Origin: a virus | Length of the DNA: 64,000 nt | Strand: one strand, 5' to 3' | Virus record (IMG/VR): IMGVR_UViG_3300045988_055634 | Coordinates: 1 to 64,000 of that record | In this document: positions 8,915-16,033 of the stretch, in pieces | How positions within the stretch are numbered: the first letter of the stretch is position 1 | How the letters are laid out: each line of letters opens with the position of its first letter | Notes under the pieces: model-generated | What the model was told of the DNA's origin: nothing | Seen by the model: only the letters and a program-made list of their open reading frames with translations | Databases searched by the model: none | Position numbers and translations under genes: made by a program

Positions 8915-9343
8915 ATGGATAGAGAATTAAGAAGAGAACTTTCTAAAAGAAAGTGGATTTCGAGAGCTAAAAAGGTTTACAACGCTTGCGGTAAATTTTA
9001 CGTACCTGTTGCCGGGATTAAAGCCAATGTAAGGTATAATGTTCCTATAATAAGGAATAAGGCGTTGAAGGTCTGTGAGTCAATTACGGATTTCCTTGAT
9101 AGTTCTAAATACGCAAAGATGCTTAAGAATTGCACTTCTCCTTATAGAAGCAGAATGATGCAATATGAATACAAGAAAGAGAATAGAAAGGATAGATATA
9201 AAGCAAAAAGAGATATTCAAGAAGGTATTCAAGAATATGAATCTAGGGACAATCTTTCGTGTTCATCCTGCATTTTCTATGATAAAGGCTTTTGCGAAAA
9301 GGGATTATTAATGACTGAAAACTGCCCAGAATATTGGGATTAA
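8915..9343 (+). CDS. hypothetical protein
   Basis: Track ORF 8768..9343 trimmed to the first ATG downstream of tRNA-Cys (MDRELRREL...). Confidence 0.4.
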   Translation: MDRELRRELSKRKWISRAKKVYNACGKFYVPVAGIKANVRYNVPIIRNKALKVCESITDFLDSSKYAKMLKNCTSPYRSRMMQYEYKKENRKDRYKAKRDIQEGIQEYESRDNLSCSSCIFYDKGFCEKGLLMTENCPEYWD

Positions 9344-9346
9344 AGT

Positions 9347-9706
9347 ATGGACAAGTATATTAATGGAAGTTTAGTAAAGAGAGTTTTAGTTTTTAAAACT
9401 AGAAAGCATCCCGATTGGGTACATTATGTGGACGATTACCGATTCTTGTTTTGGAAAATACATCGAGATTATTGGTATTATTGGGACCCATGTTTTGGAA
9501 CTTATACGGAAGAAAAAATGATTTCATCTTTAGAGAAGAGATATGCCTTCTACAAGGATGGAATAGTATATCAGAAACCTCATATCATTTTAGAGTTCTC
9601 TAAAAGACATGATGAATCTATCTATTTTGATAGTGACGAAGAAATGGAGGGATGGTTTGAATCCTTCATGGAAGAATTTGGAAAACCGTTTATTTACATA
9701 GACTAA
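9347..9706 (+). CDS. hypothetical protein
   Basis: 119 aa ORF. Confidence 0.45.
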   Translation: MDKYINGSLVKRVLVFKTRKHPDWVHYVDDYRFLFWKIHRDYWYYWDPCFGTYTEEKMISSLEKRYAFYKDGIVYQKPHIILEFSKRHDESIYFDSDEEMEGWFESFMEEFGKPFIYID

Positions 9707-9827
9707 TACCTTTATCCCAGTTTAGAGCTTAGCTCAAATAGTGAATAATAGTAGCTATTGGTTAAAACGAGGTGGAGTGCCAGACGAAAGACTGGAATTA
9801 ACATAGTTTAACTTTGAATCTCTGACT

Positions 9828-10172
9828 ATGCGGAGTATTATTATGGCAGAATTGATTTTCTTAGCTAATGGAAAATGCGACTTGAAGTTCCACGCTCATC
9901 CCAAGAATTTCAAAAGGGTTGAGAAGTTCAACTACAAAAAGAACTTTTTCAAGGTTTACGTTGACCGAAACGACAGCGTTTACGAGATAACTCGCTGCGA
10001 GGTGGTTACATGGAAAACCATAGAGAAAGGCAAGAAGAAATTTAACGTCCCTGACGAGGTGAAAGAAACTCGTGATGCTCACTTGTTTGACAAAATTAAG
10101 GGGAATCCGTTCAAAATCGCTATTACTAAGGTAGCTGGCGAGATTGATATGCAGGAGCTGTTATCTGAGTAA
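9828..10172 (+). CDS. hypothetical protein
   Basis: 114 aa ORF. Confidence 0.45.
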   Translation: MRSIIMAELIFLANGKCDLKFHAHPKNFKRVEKFNYKKNFFKVYVDRNDSVYEITRCEVVTWKTIEKGKKKFNVPDEVKETRDAHLFDKIKGNPFKIAITKVAGEIDMQELLSE

Positions 10173-10207
10173 TTCGTTTAGGAGAGTATCGTAAAACTCT
10201 CCGTTAT

Positions 10208-10282
10208 GCAGGTGTGGTGTTAATGGATTGAGCACGCCAGACTTCCAATCTGGAGGGGAGAGTTCGAGTCTCTCTACCTGCA
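10208..10282 (+). tRNA. tRNA-Gly(TCC)
   Basis: Acceptor gcaggtg/tacctgc, anticodon arm ccaga-cttccaa-tctgg, T-arm gagagttcgagtctctc. Confidence 0.8.
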
Positions 10283-10287
10283 CATTT

Positions 10288-10359
10288 GTGGGTATAGCAC
10301 AATGGTTAGTGCATCGGCTTGCCATGCCGAGGATGTGAGTTCGATTCTCATTACCTACT
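10288..10359 (+). tRNA. tRNA-Gly(GCC)
   Basis: Acceptor gtgggta/tacctac, D-stem gcac/gtgc, anticodon arm tcggc-ttgccat-gccga, T-arm gtgagttcgattctcat. Confidence 0.8.
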
Positions 10360-10374
10360 CAAAATTTAAGTTTT

Positions 10375-10676
10375 ATGAAAATAAAGTGTACAGTATGTAA
10401 TAAAGAATTTTATTATGGAGACCATAACTCTCCAATGTTTATTGATGAGGTTTGGAACAAGATAATAAATTACTTTAAGCTAACCAATTTTGAAAAAGAA
10501 GCTGCAAAGAAATTCTCCTCTTATTACAAAGGGGAGGTAAAGATTATTATCCAGACCACCATGTGTTTATCTGTAGCGAATGTGCGGAGAAGGCTCTAGG
10601 TAGGGAAATAACTGATAAGGATATTAATGATTCATTATTTAATATCCCATTTAGAGAGAAGTACTTTAAATCTTAA
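10375..10676 (+). pseudogene. four-Cys zinc-ribbon protein gene interrupted by an apparent -1 frameshift at an A/G homopolymer
   Basis: Frame A (10375..10599) encodes CTVC...KGEVK and ends in a poor tail; the -1 frame, open 10494..10676, continues ...KDYYPDHHVFICSECAEKAL with a second CxxC; one extra A in the aaag run at ~10540 would fuse them. Confidence 0.45.
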
Positions 10677-10677
10677 T

Positions 10678-10762
10678 ATCCGTGTGGGTGAATGGTTTAG
10701 CCATCAGTCTGCAAAACTGAAAAGAGAAATCTTTAATGAGGGTTCGAATCCCTCCACGGATT
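10678..10762 (+). tRNA. type II (long extra arm) tRNA with GCA anticodon; formally Cys-decoding
   Basis: Acceptor atccgtg/cacggat 7/7, anticodon arm tcagt-ctgcaaa-actga, extra arm aaaga-gaaa-tcttt, T-arm gagggttcgaatccctc; D-stem weak. Confidence 0.6.
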
Positions 10763-10782
10763 CTAATTTTAAATTTAAAAAT

Positions 10783-11418
10783 ATGGCATATATTTATTGC
10801 ATTACAAATTTAATTAATAGCAAGCGATACGTAGGAAAAACTACTACTTCTATAGAAGAGCGCTGGAAGGAACATTGTTATGACTTTTAGAAAGAAAGAT
10901 GCAACAAAAGACCTTTATATGATGCCATGAATAAGTATGGTGTTGAGAACTTTATGATAGAGGAATTGGAATATGTAGATAGTAACTCTGAATTATCTGA
11001 AAGAGAAATCTATTGGATAAAAGAGCTAGGAACTTATGGTTCTAATGGGTACAATGCCTCTAAAGGAGGAGATGGCACTATTCTATACAATCATAGTGAA
11101 ATTGTAGAATTAGCTAGATTGGGATATACTAGTTCTTAGATACAAGAAAAAATAGGGTGCTGTAAAGACACTATTTACAAAGTTTTGAAGGCAAATAATA
11201 TAAAAATTAGAAAAAGTAACGCAAAGTTAATTGCTTAGTATGACTTAGCAGGTAATTTTATACAGGTATTCTTTGGTTCCAGAGAAGCTTAGGAATGGTT
11301 AATTAATAACGGAATTACTGACAATAAATCTGCATAGAGTCATATTATAGGATGCTGTAAGAATAAAACCAAATCATAGTATGGCTACATTTGGAAATAT
11401 CTTCCAGAGCCTATTTAA
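10783..11418 (+). mobile_element. free-standing GIY-YIG homing endonuclease gene whose frame contains 6 in-frame TAG codons
   Basis: N-terminal YIYCITNLINSKRYVGKT...EERWKEH motif; NKYG...YWIKELGTYGSNGYN; HTH-like IQEKIGCCKDTIYKVL; HEG C-terminal signature YDLAGNFIQVFFGSREA / SHIIGCCKNKTKS / YGYIWKY. All in one frame, interrupted only by TAG at 10888, 11137, 11236, 11290, 11335, 11377; ends TAA at 11416. Confidence 0.7.
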
Positions 11419-11564
11419 TCTTTAAATCACTGTTTCGACATTTTCAGTCTAAATGCCGTGTCTGGAGACGTTACCAACCAGTCGTGCTATACGGTTAGAA
11501 TAGTCCGTGCCTCACTGGTGATAGAGGCATCCCTGGGTAGCGGATGTAAAGTAGCTGCCAATAT

Positions 11565-11641
11565 CGTGGAGTAGAGAAGTGGTCATCTCGCTAGGCTCAT
11601 AACCTAGAAATCGTCATAAACGGTTCGAATCCTACCTCCGC
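11565..11641 (+). tRNA. degenerate tRNA-like element with CAT anticodon arm
   Basis: D-arm gaga-agtggtca-tctc, anticodon arm ctagg-ctcataa-cctag and T-loop ggttcgaatcc are present, but the T-stem and acceptor stem do not pair canonically. Confidence 0.3.
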
Positions 11642-11703
11642 AACGAAACTCCTTTTGTGGCTCTGAATTAGATTAATTATTAACAATTTTAAACTTTGAT
11701 GTT

Positions 11704-11823
11704 ATGAAGAAAGTAATTAATGTTGTGAAGAAAGCTGCTAAGTGGTATTTTGAACAGAGTTCTAAGAGCTATACATGGTTAGTTTCTGGAACTATTCCAC
11801 CTCCCTACAGAGGTCTAGAGTAA
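11704..11823 (+). CDS. small hypothetical protein (39 aa)
   Basis: ATG..TAA ORF MKKVINVVKKAAKWYFEQ...; followed by hairpin 11848-11872. Confidence 0.25.
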   Translation: MKKVINVVKKAAKWYFEQSSKSYTWLVSGTIPPPYRGLE

Positions 11824-11885
11824 AGATACTACTAAAAGGTAAGTACCAAAGGGGTACTTATCTACACCTGTGGAGAAAATTAATT

Positions 11886-11970
11886 GTATGGTTAGCCAAG
11901 TGGCCGACGGCAGTGGGCTGTTAACCCACCGTGAGAAATCCCATCGCAGGTTCGAATCCTGCACCATACG
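11886..11970 (+). tRNA. tRNA with GTT (Asn) anticodon and an unusually long 16-nt variable arm
   Basis: Acceptor gtatggt/accatac 7/7, anticodon arm gtggg-ctgttaa-cccac, variable region cgtgagaaatcccatc, T-arm gcaggttcgaatcctgc; 85 nt. Confidence 0.6.
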
Positions 11971-12119
11971 CCTTTTTGCTGAATCCTCCTAGTAATATTA
12001 ATCCAGCAAATTCCAAGTCGATGTGAGGAAGAGAGTAACTTGGACGGTAGCTAGCACTGTAGTACGCAATAGTGGGATAGAAACGGCTAGCACCCACTTT
12101 AACTTTTAAATACTAGATT

Positions 12120-12278
12120 ATGCATCAGTGTGATTATTGTTGTTGGTATTACAATGGAAATTGCGATTGTCCATATGTAATGAAGAAACAAGCGTGTGAA
12201 AACGCTTTGAAAACTAAAGAGAGAAATGAAAGACCTATTAGAAAAGTACAAAATGTTTCAAACTCCGAAACCAGCTAA
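12120..12278 (+). CDS. small Cys-rich protein (52 aa)
   Basis: MHQCDYCCWYYNGNCDCPYV...; overlaps the alternative ORF 12226..12396 in another frame, so only one is likely real. Confidence 0.3.
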   Translation: MHQCDYCCWYYNGNCDCPYVMKKQACENALKTKERNERPIRKVQNVSNSETS

Positions 12279-12396
12279 TGAGATTTCATGGAAAGACATG
12301 AAGGAATTTAACTCTTATATGAAAGAAGTAGTTCGTGATTATAAGATTAAACAGGCTAAATCAATTCAGAGCGCTAGAAACGTAATAATATCCTGA
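12226..12396 (+). CDS. small hypothetical protein (56 aa)
   Basis: MKDLLEKYKMFQTPKPANEISWKDMKEF...; composition more protein-like than the overlapping ORF. Confidence 0.35.
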   Translation: MKDLLEKYKMFQTPKPANEISWKDMKEFNSYMKEVVRDYKIKQAKSIQSARNVIIS

Positions 12397-12634
12397 CCTG
12401 GCAAGGTAAAAATCCATTCGGGGTTTAAGTTGAAGCCAGTCCCTGCGGAATCATAAAGACCTTTTCTGACACGAGAACCGATAGTCGATGAACTGAGAGA
12501 GTAGCATGGTTGCGGACTTATGCTACTAGAACATGATTCAAACAAAAAAAACTTATCTGGTGTTGTTAAGTTGTGGAATCTTAACAGTGGAAATTTATGG
12601 GTATGTCACCAATTAAAAAGAAAATCCCAAAAAT

Positions 12635-12707
12635 GGGCCGTTAGCTCAAATGGCTAGAGCGCTGGTTTTGCACACCGGAAGATAGGGTTCGAGTCCCTGC
12701 GTGTCCA
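12635..12707 (+). tRNA. tRNA-Ala(TGC) with partly mismatched acceptor stem
   Basis: G1G2G3 with G3:U70, D-arm tagctcaaatggctagagc, anticodon arm ctggt-tttgcac-accgg, T-arm tagggttcgagtccctg; base of acceptor stem has 3 mismatches as read. Confidence 0.6.
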
Positions 12708-12727
12708 CAAACTTTATTTAAAAAATT

Positions 12728-12913
12728 ATGAAAGTATATGTAGTTGTAGTAAATTATCACCCAGCTAATGCTCCTCAAAATTATGAAACTGATTGCCAAA
12801 TCTTCTTAGACAAGAAACAGGCAGAGAAGTATAAAGAGGCTAAGGAAAAAGAGTTTCCTATTAGATGGGGAGGAGAGTATAATCATTGTAAACTAATTAA
12901 AAAGCATTTGTAA
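12728..12913 (+). CDS. hypothetical protein
   Basis: 61 aa ORF. Confidence 0.4.
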   Translation: MKVYVVVVNYHPANAPQNYETDCQIFLDKKQAEKYKEAKEKEFPIRWGGEYNHCKLIKKHL

Positions 12914-12917
12914 TATC

Positions 12918-12989
12918 GCGGGATGATAGCAGAGGTAGCTAGTCAGGCTCATAACCTGAAGGTCGTCGGTTCGAATCCGAGTGGGGGAT
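12918..12989 (+). tRNA. tRNA-like element with CAT anticodon arm and no pairing acceptor stem
   Basis: D-arm tagc-agaggta-gcta, anticodon arm tcagg-ctcataa-cctga, T-arm (g)tcggttcgaatccga(g); flanking gcgggat/tggggga cannot pair. Confidence 0.4.
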
Positions 12990-13016
12990 CTTAACCATTA
13001 AATCAGATTAATTTTT

Positions 13017-13691
13017 ATGACTAGATTAGAAAAGTATTTAGTAGCAACTGCTACTGAGATTATCGAAGCGGAAACAACTGTTTCTCGCTACTTTGTCATT
13101 GGAAACGTCAAAGTTAGAGTATCAGACCATTTAAGTAAAATGAGTGATGCAGACTTACAAGTGATTATTCCATTGAACGGAGGGACTAAGTATATAGTTA
13201 CTGTTAAGGATAGTCCTGGAAAATTTCTTGTATGGAATGCAACTCAAATAAAAGACTTTATTCCTTCATTGCAGATTATTAAGGGCTTGAAGGAAGGAGT
13301 ACAACTTAAGCCAAAACCTAAAGACTCTGCAGTTCAGAAGATTCAGCTAGCATTAAATAATAGTAATACCGATGGAGGTTCGTTAACGTTCGATGGTACT
13401 ATTATCGAGTCTAGATTGAAAGAAAAGCAACTTACCTCCAAACAGCGGGAAGTTTTCAGGAGAACTAAATCTACTTGGGATATTTCTCAGATTGGAACAT
13501 TACCCAGTATGATTAAAGTAGATTTGGGATTGTCAAATGGTTCTGTAAACGAAGATGTGCAGATATTTCTAACTTGTACATCTTTAACCTACAAAGAAAT
13601 TCTGAACATTTATAAAATAATAGTTGTTGATAACCATATGGTTCCAACTATTAAACTGTTGCAAGAAGCTTATAGCTTAATTGTGCAGTAG
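13017..13691 (+). CDS. hypothetical protein
   Basis: 224 aa ORF; TAG stop followed 5 codons later by in-frame TAA. Confidence 0.5.
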   Translation: MTRLEKYLVATATEIIEAETTVSRYFVIGNVKVRVSDHLSKMSDADLQVIIPLNGGTKYIVTVKDSPGKFLVWNATQIKDFIPSLQIIKGLKEGVQLKPKPKDSAVQKIQLALNNSNTDGGSLTFDGTIIESRLKEKQLTSKQREVFRRTKSTWDISQIGTLPSMIKVDLGLSNGSVNEDVQIFLTCTSLTYKEILNIYKIIVVDNHMVPTIKLLQEAYSLIVQ

Positions 13692-13694
13692 GAT

Positions 13695-13766
13695 AGCGCC
13701 ATCATCTAATGGTTAGGATTCAGGCTTTTCACGCCTGCCATACGGGTTCGAATCCCGTTGGCGTTA
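13695..13766 (+). tRNA. tRNA-Glu(TTC)
   Basis: Acceptor agcgcca/tggcgtt, anticodon arm caggc-ttttcac-gcctg, T-arm acgggttcgaatcccgt. Confidence 0.75.
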
Positions 13767-13771
13767 CTATG

Positions 13772-13805
13772 TACCCCAGCAGCGGAAGTTGTTGGGGTAT
13801 TTTTT
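13772..13805 (+). terminator. intrinsic terminator
   Basis: Hairpin tacccca...tggggta followed by TTTTTT. Confidence 0.6.
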
Positions 13806-13823
13806 GTTTAATATAATTAATAA

Positions 13824-14144
13824 TTGATGAGAAAAACATTTGAGTTTGTAAAGGTTGGAGGAGTCTGGTTCTATTGGTGGCCAGATTATGACGGAACACC
13901 AGAGGAACTAGCAATGGTTGGTGGTGCAGATGAACTTCTTGATTCTCTAGATAATAAGTTTGTTAGATTGCAGATGGTTGACCCAGCTGCAGCTAAGATA
14001 ACGTTGTCTAAAATTGAGGAGGATGAATGTGGAGCAACTTACTTATGCAAAAGTAAGAATTACAATGACAGGGTATGGATTTGTGCTGTAACTCTATCAG
14101 TATTCGGGGAATATCCTCAAAATATTTACCTAAAAGATATGTAA
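13824..14144 (+). CDS. hypothetical protein
   Basis: 106 aa ORF. Confidence 0.45.
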   Translation: MMRKTFEFVKVGGVWFYWWPDYDGTPEELAMVGGADELLDSLDNKFVRLQMVDPAAAKITLSKIEEDECGATYLCKSKNYNDRVWICAVTLSVFGEYPQNIYLKDM

Positions 14145-14147
14145 AAA

Positions 14148-14573
14148 ATGAAAACGTTAAATGAGATTTTAGACAATTACAAAGACTATGCCGTAGTTCT
14201 CGATGACCGTTTCGGTTCTAGATTAGCAAAGTTTTTAACAGAAGAGCAGTTAGAAAAAATAGGCTTCAAGTACGATGGTGATGAGCCTTATCCAGAGCCT
14301 AAGGAATGGACTAGAGAGAATATCCTAGAGCAACTTAAGTCTGACGTGGAGTTTGGTTTTGAGAAGGCTCTAGACCAGAGAGGCATTTCAGCTAGCCTAA
14401 TGTTCTACGTGGTACTAAGGTGGAATCAAGTTCTAGAAGAGGGCTTAGAGAATTATCCTGAAGAGAATTATGCTATGTATGGGTTGCCTTTGTTTAAGGC
14501 TACTGCTGTAAAGTATGGATGGGAGAATCCTATAGGCGACGATAATGGGGACGAAGAGTTCTACAATGAGTAG
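14148..14573 (+). CDS. hypothetical acidic protein
   Basis: 141 aa ORF; TAG stop. Confidence 0.45.
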   Translation: MKTLNEILDNYKDYAVVLDDRFGSRLAKFLTEEQLEKIGFKYDGDEPYPEPKEWTRENILEQLKSDVEFGFEKALDQRGISASLMFYVVLRWNQVLEEGLENYPEENYAMYGLPLFKATAVKYGWENPIGDDNGDEEFYNE

Positions 14574-14769
14574 CGCTATGAAGGAATCTTCTATACTTAA
14601 AGCAATTTCTGACGCTATTGAAGAATACGAGGAAAATCAACAAAGACGGATAGACCTGTTAGAGAGTAAAATTCTGCTATTTGAGAGAGAAAGAGAAGCT
14701 TTTATTCGGCATTTGAGAGAAGGAAACATTCAATTATTAAAGGATTATCTAGGAATTAAAGATGAGTAA
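14545..14769 (+). CDS. hypothetical protein
   Basis: 74 aa ORF overlapping its neighbours. Confidence 0.4.
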   Translation: MGTKSSTMSSAMKESSILKAISDAIEEYEENQQRRIDLLESKILLFEREREAFIRHLREGNIQLLKDYLGIKDE

Positions 14770-15085
14770 ATACTATTTAATTAAGGAATGTAATAATATT
14801 CCTTTTATCTTAGGACAGTTCGATAGTATTGAAGAGGCTGAGGCCGCTCTTCCTTCTACAAATAAGAAGGGAGCTAAGCACTTTGTCGTTTGTTCTATAG
14901 AGCAATTAAAGTCAGCAAGGGCAGCTATATCCTACTTACAAGAAGAACTTAGAAAGAGTCGAGAGGAGGTACGGCAATGGAGGGATTTAGAACTTAAAAC
15001 AAGGCTAGATTTCTCAAACCAAATCTGTGAATTATCGAAGATAGCTAATCTAACTGTAGAGGATCTAACTAAAGTATTGTTATGA
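14762..15085 (+). CDS. hypothetical protein
   Basis: 107 aa ORF. Confidence 0.4.
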   Translation: MSKYYLIKECNNIPFILGQFDSIEEAEAALPSTNKKGAKHFVVCSIEQLKSARAAISYLQEELRKSREEVRQWRDLELKTRLDFSNQICELSKIANLTVEDLTKVLL

Positions 15086-15384
15086 TAGTAAGTTCTCCTT
15101 TTGATAAAGATTTGCTTGGACATGAGATAAGGGGTGTAAATACATCTTACTACGGACTTTCTGCATTGCAGGCTGTAATAAATCATGACGGAATCCGTCA
15201 AGATATTGCAAAATATATGTATAGAGACTGCATTGTAGATGGAGGACGAAAAGGAGTAATCATAGGATTTGAGGATAATAATCAATTCTTTGATTACTAC
15301 TATATAGTCTATGTGCCAGAGCTAAATACTACTGTGTATCAATTAGCTAATGATGCGAGATTTATTAATTCAATTGAGATATGA
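15082..15384 (+). CDS. hypothetical protein
   Basis: 100 aa ORF, ATGA overlap with upstream gene. Confidence 0.4.
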   Translation: MIVSSPFDKDLLGHEIRGVNTSYYGLSALQAVINHDGIRQDIAKYMYRDCIVDGGRKGVIIGFEDNNQFFDYYYIVYVPELNTTVYQLANDARFINSIEI

Positions 15385-15540
15385 AAGTATATTATATTTC
15401 AATTCCCACGGCATATGACGGGCAAGTCCCTATAAACTATGAGAAGATCTCTCCTCTTTTTCTAGAGAAGAAAGACGCTATAGAATGGGCGGTAACTCAA
15501 AATTACTGGGATATTAGATTAATAGAAGAAGAAGTTTTAT
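15381..15540 (+). CDS. small hypothetical protein (52 aa)
   Basis: ATGA overlap at both ends with flanking genes (MKVYYISIPTAYDGQ...). Confidence 0.3.
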
Positions 15541-16033
15541 GAAAAAGAAAGTTTTAATTATCCTTATGATTAGTATTGTATTCGGATTTGCAACTGGTTA
15601 TTCTTTGCATCATCTGATACATTTCAATCAGAAACAGGAGGAAATGGTATTGCTGCCAGAGCATCCATTCTACTTATTGGATGAAGTAAACGAAGAAGTA
15701 TTGTACAATACTTTGAAGCATTACGATTTTCCAAATCCAGCAATTATAACAGCTCAGGCTGTTCTGGAATCTGGCAATTTTAAATCGAAACTTTGTAAGG
15801 ACAATAACAATCTGTTCGGATTGTATAATTCCAGAACAATGTCTTACTTCAAGTTCGATAGTTGGATAAGCTGTGTGTTAGCTTATAAACAATTTATCCT
15901 TAGTAAGTATAACCCAGAAGAGGATTACTACAAATTCCTAGACAGAATTGGCTACGCTGAGGATTCCTTGTATGAAAGTAAAGTTAAGGAATTGGAATTA
16001 GATATACTTAATAAATATGGAAGCTCAAATTGA
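15539..16033 (+). CDS. peptidoglycan hydrolase with glucosaminidase domain, N-terminal membrane anchor
   Basis: ITAQAVLESGNFKSKLCKDNNNLFGLY matches the mannosyl-glycoprotein endo-beta-N-acetylglucosaminidase/FlgJ-type motif; N-terminal TM. Confidence 0.55.
   Translation: MKKKVLIILMISIVFGFATGYSLHHLIHFNQKQEEMVLLPEHPFYLLDEVNEEVLYNTLKHYDFPNPAIITAQAVLESGNFKSKLCKDNNNLFGLYNSRTMSYFKFDSWISCVLAYKQFILSKYNPEEDYYKFLDRIGYAEDSLYESKVKELELDILNKYGSSN

Noticed and set aside
9710-9830. Possible tRNA in the 120-bp gap before gene 9828 (tagctcaaatagtg resembles a D-arm)
   Set aside because: No T-loop (GTTCRANYC) and no acceptor complementarity; the only structure is a short ccag...ctgg hairpin with a GAAA loop, more likely a promoter or leader element.
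11400-11641. tmRNA or group-I-intron-containing tRNA in the 240-nt gap after the HEG
   Set aside because: The T-loop ggttcgaatcc is present, but there is no 5' strand complementary to the 3' end, no tag-peptide-like reading frame ending in a stop, and no P/Q/R/S intron core elements that I could identify; this is better described as a degenerate tRNA-like element.
12120-12396. Two overlapping small ORFs as evidence of programmed frameshifting
   Set aside because: They overlap in different frames without a shared N-terminus or slippery site; more likely only one (probably 12226-12396) is real.
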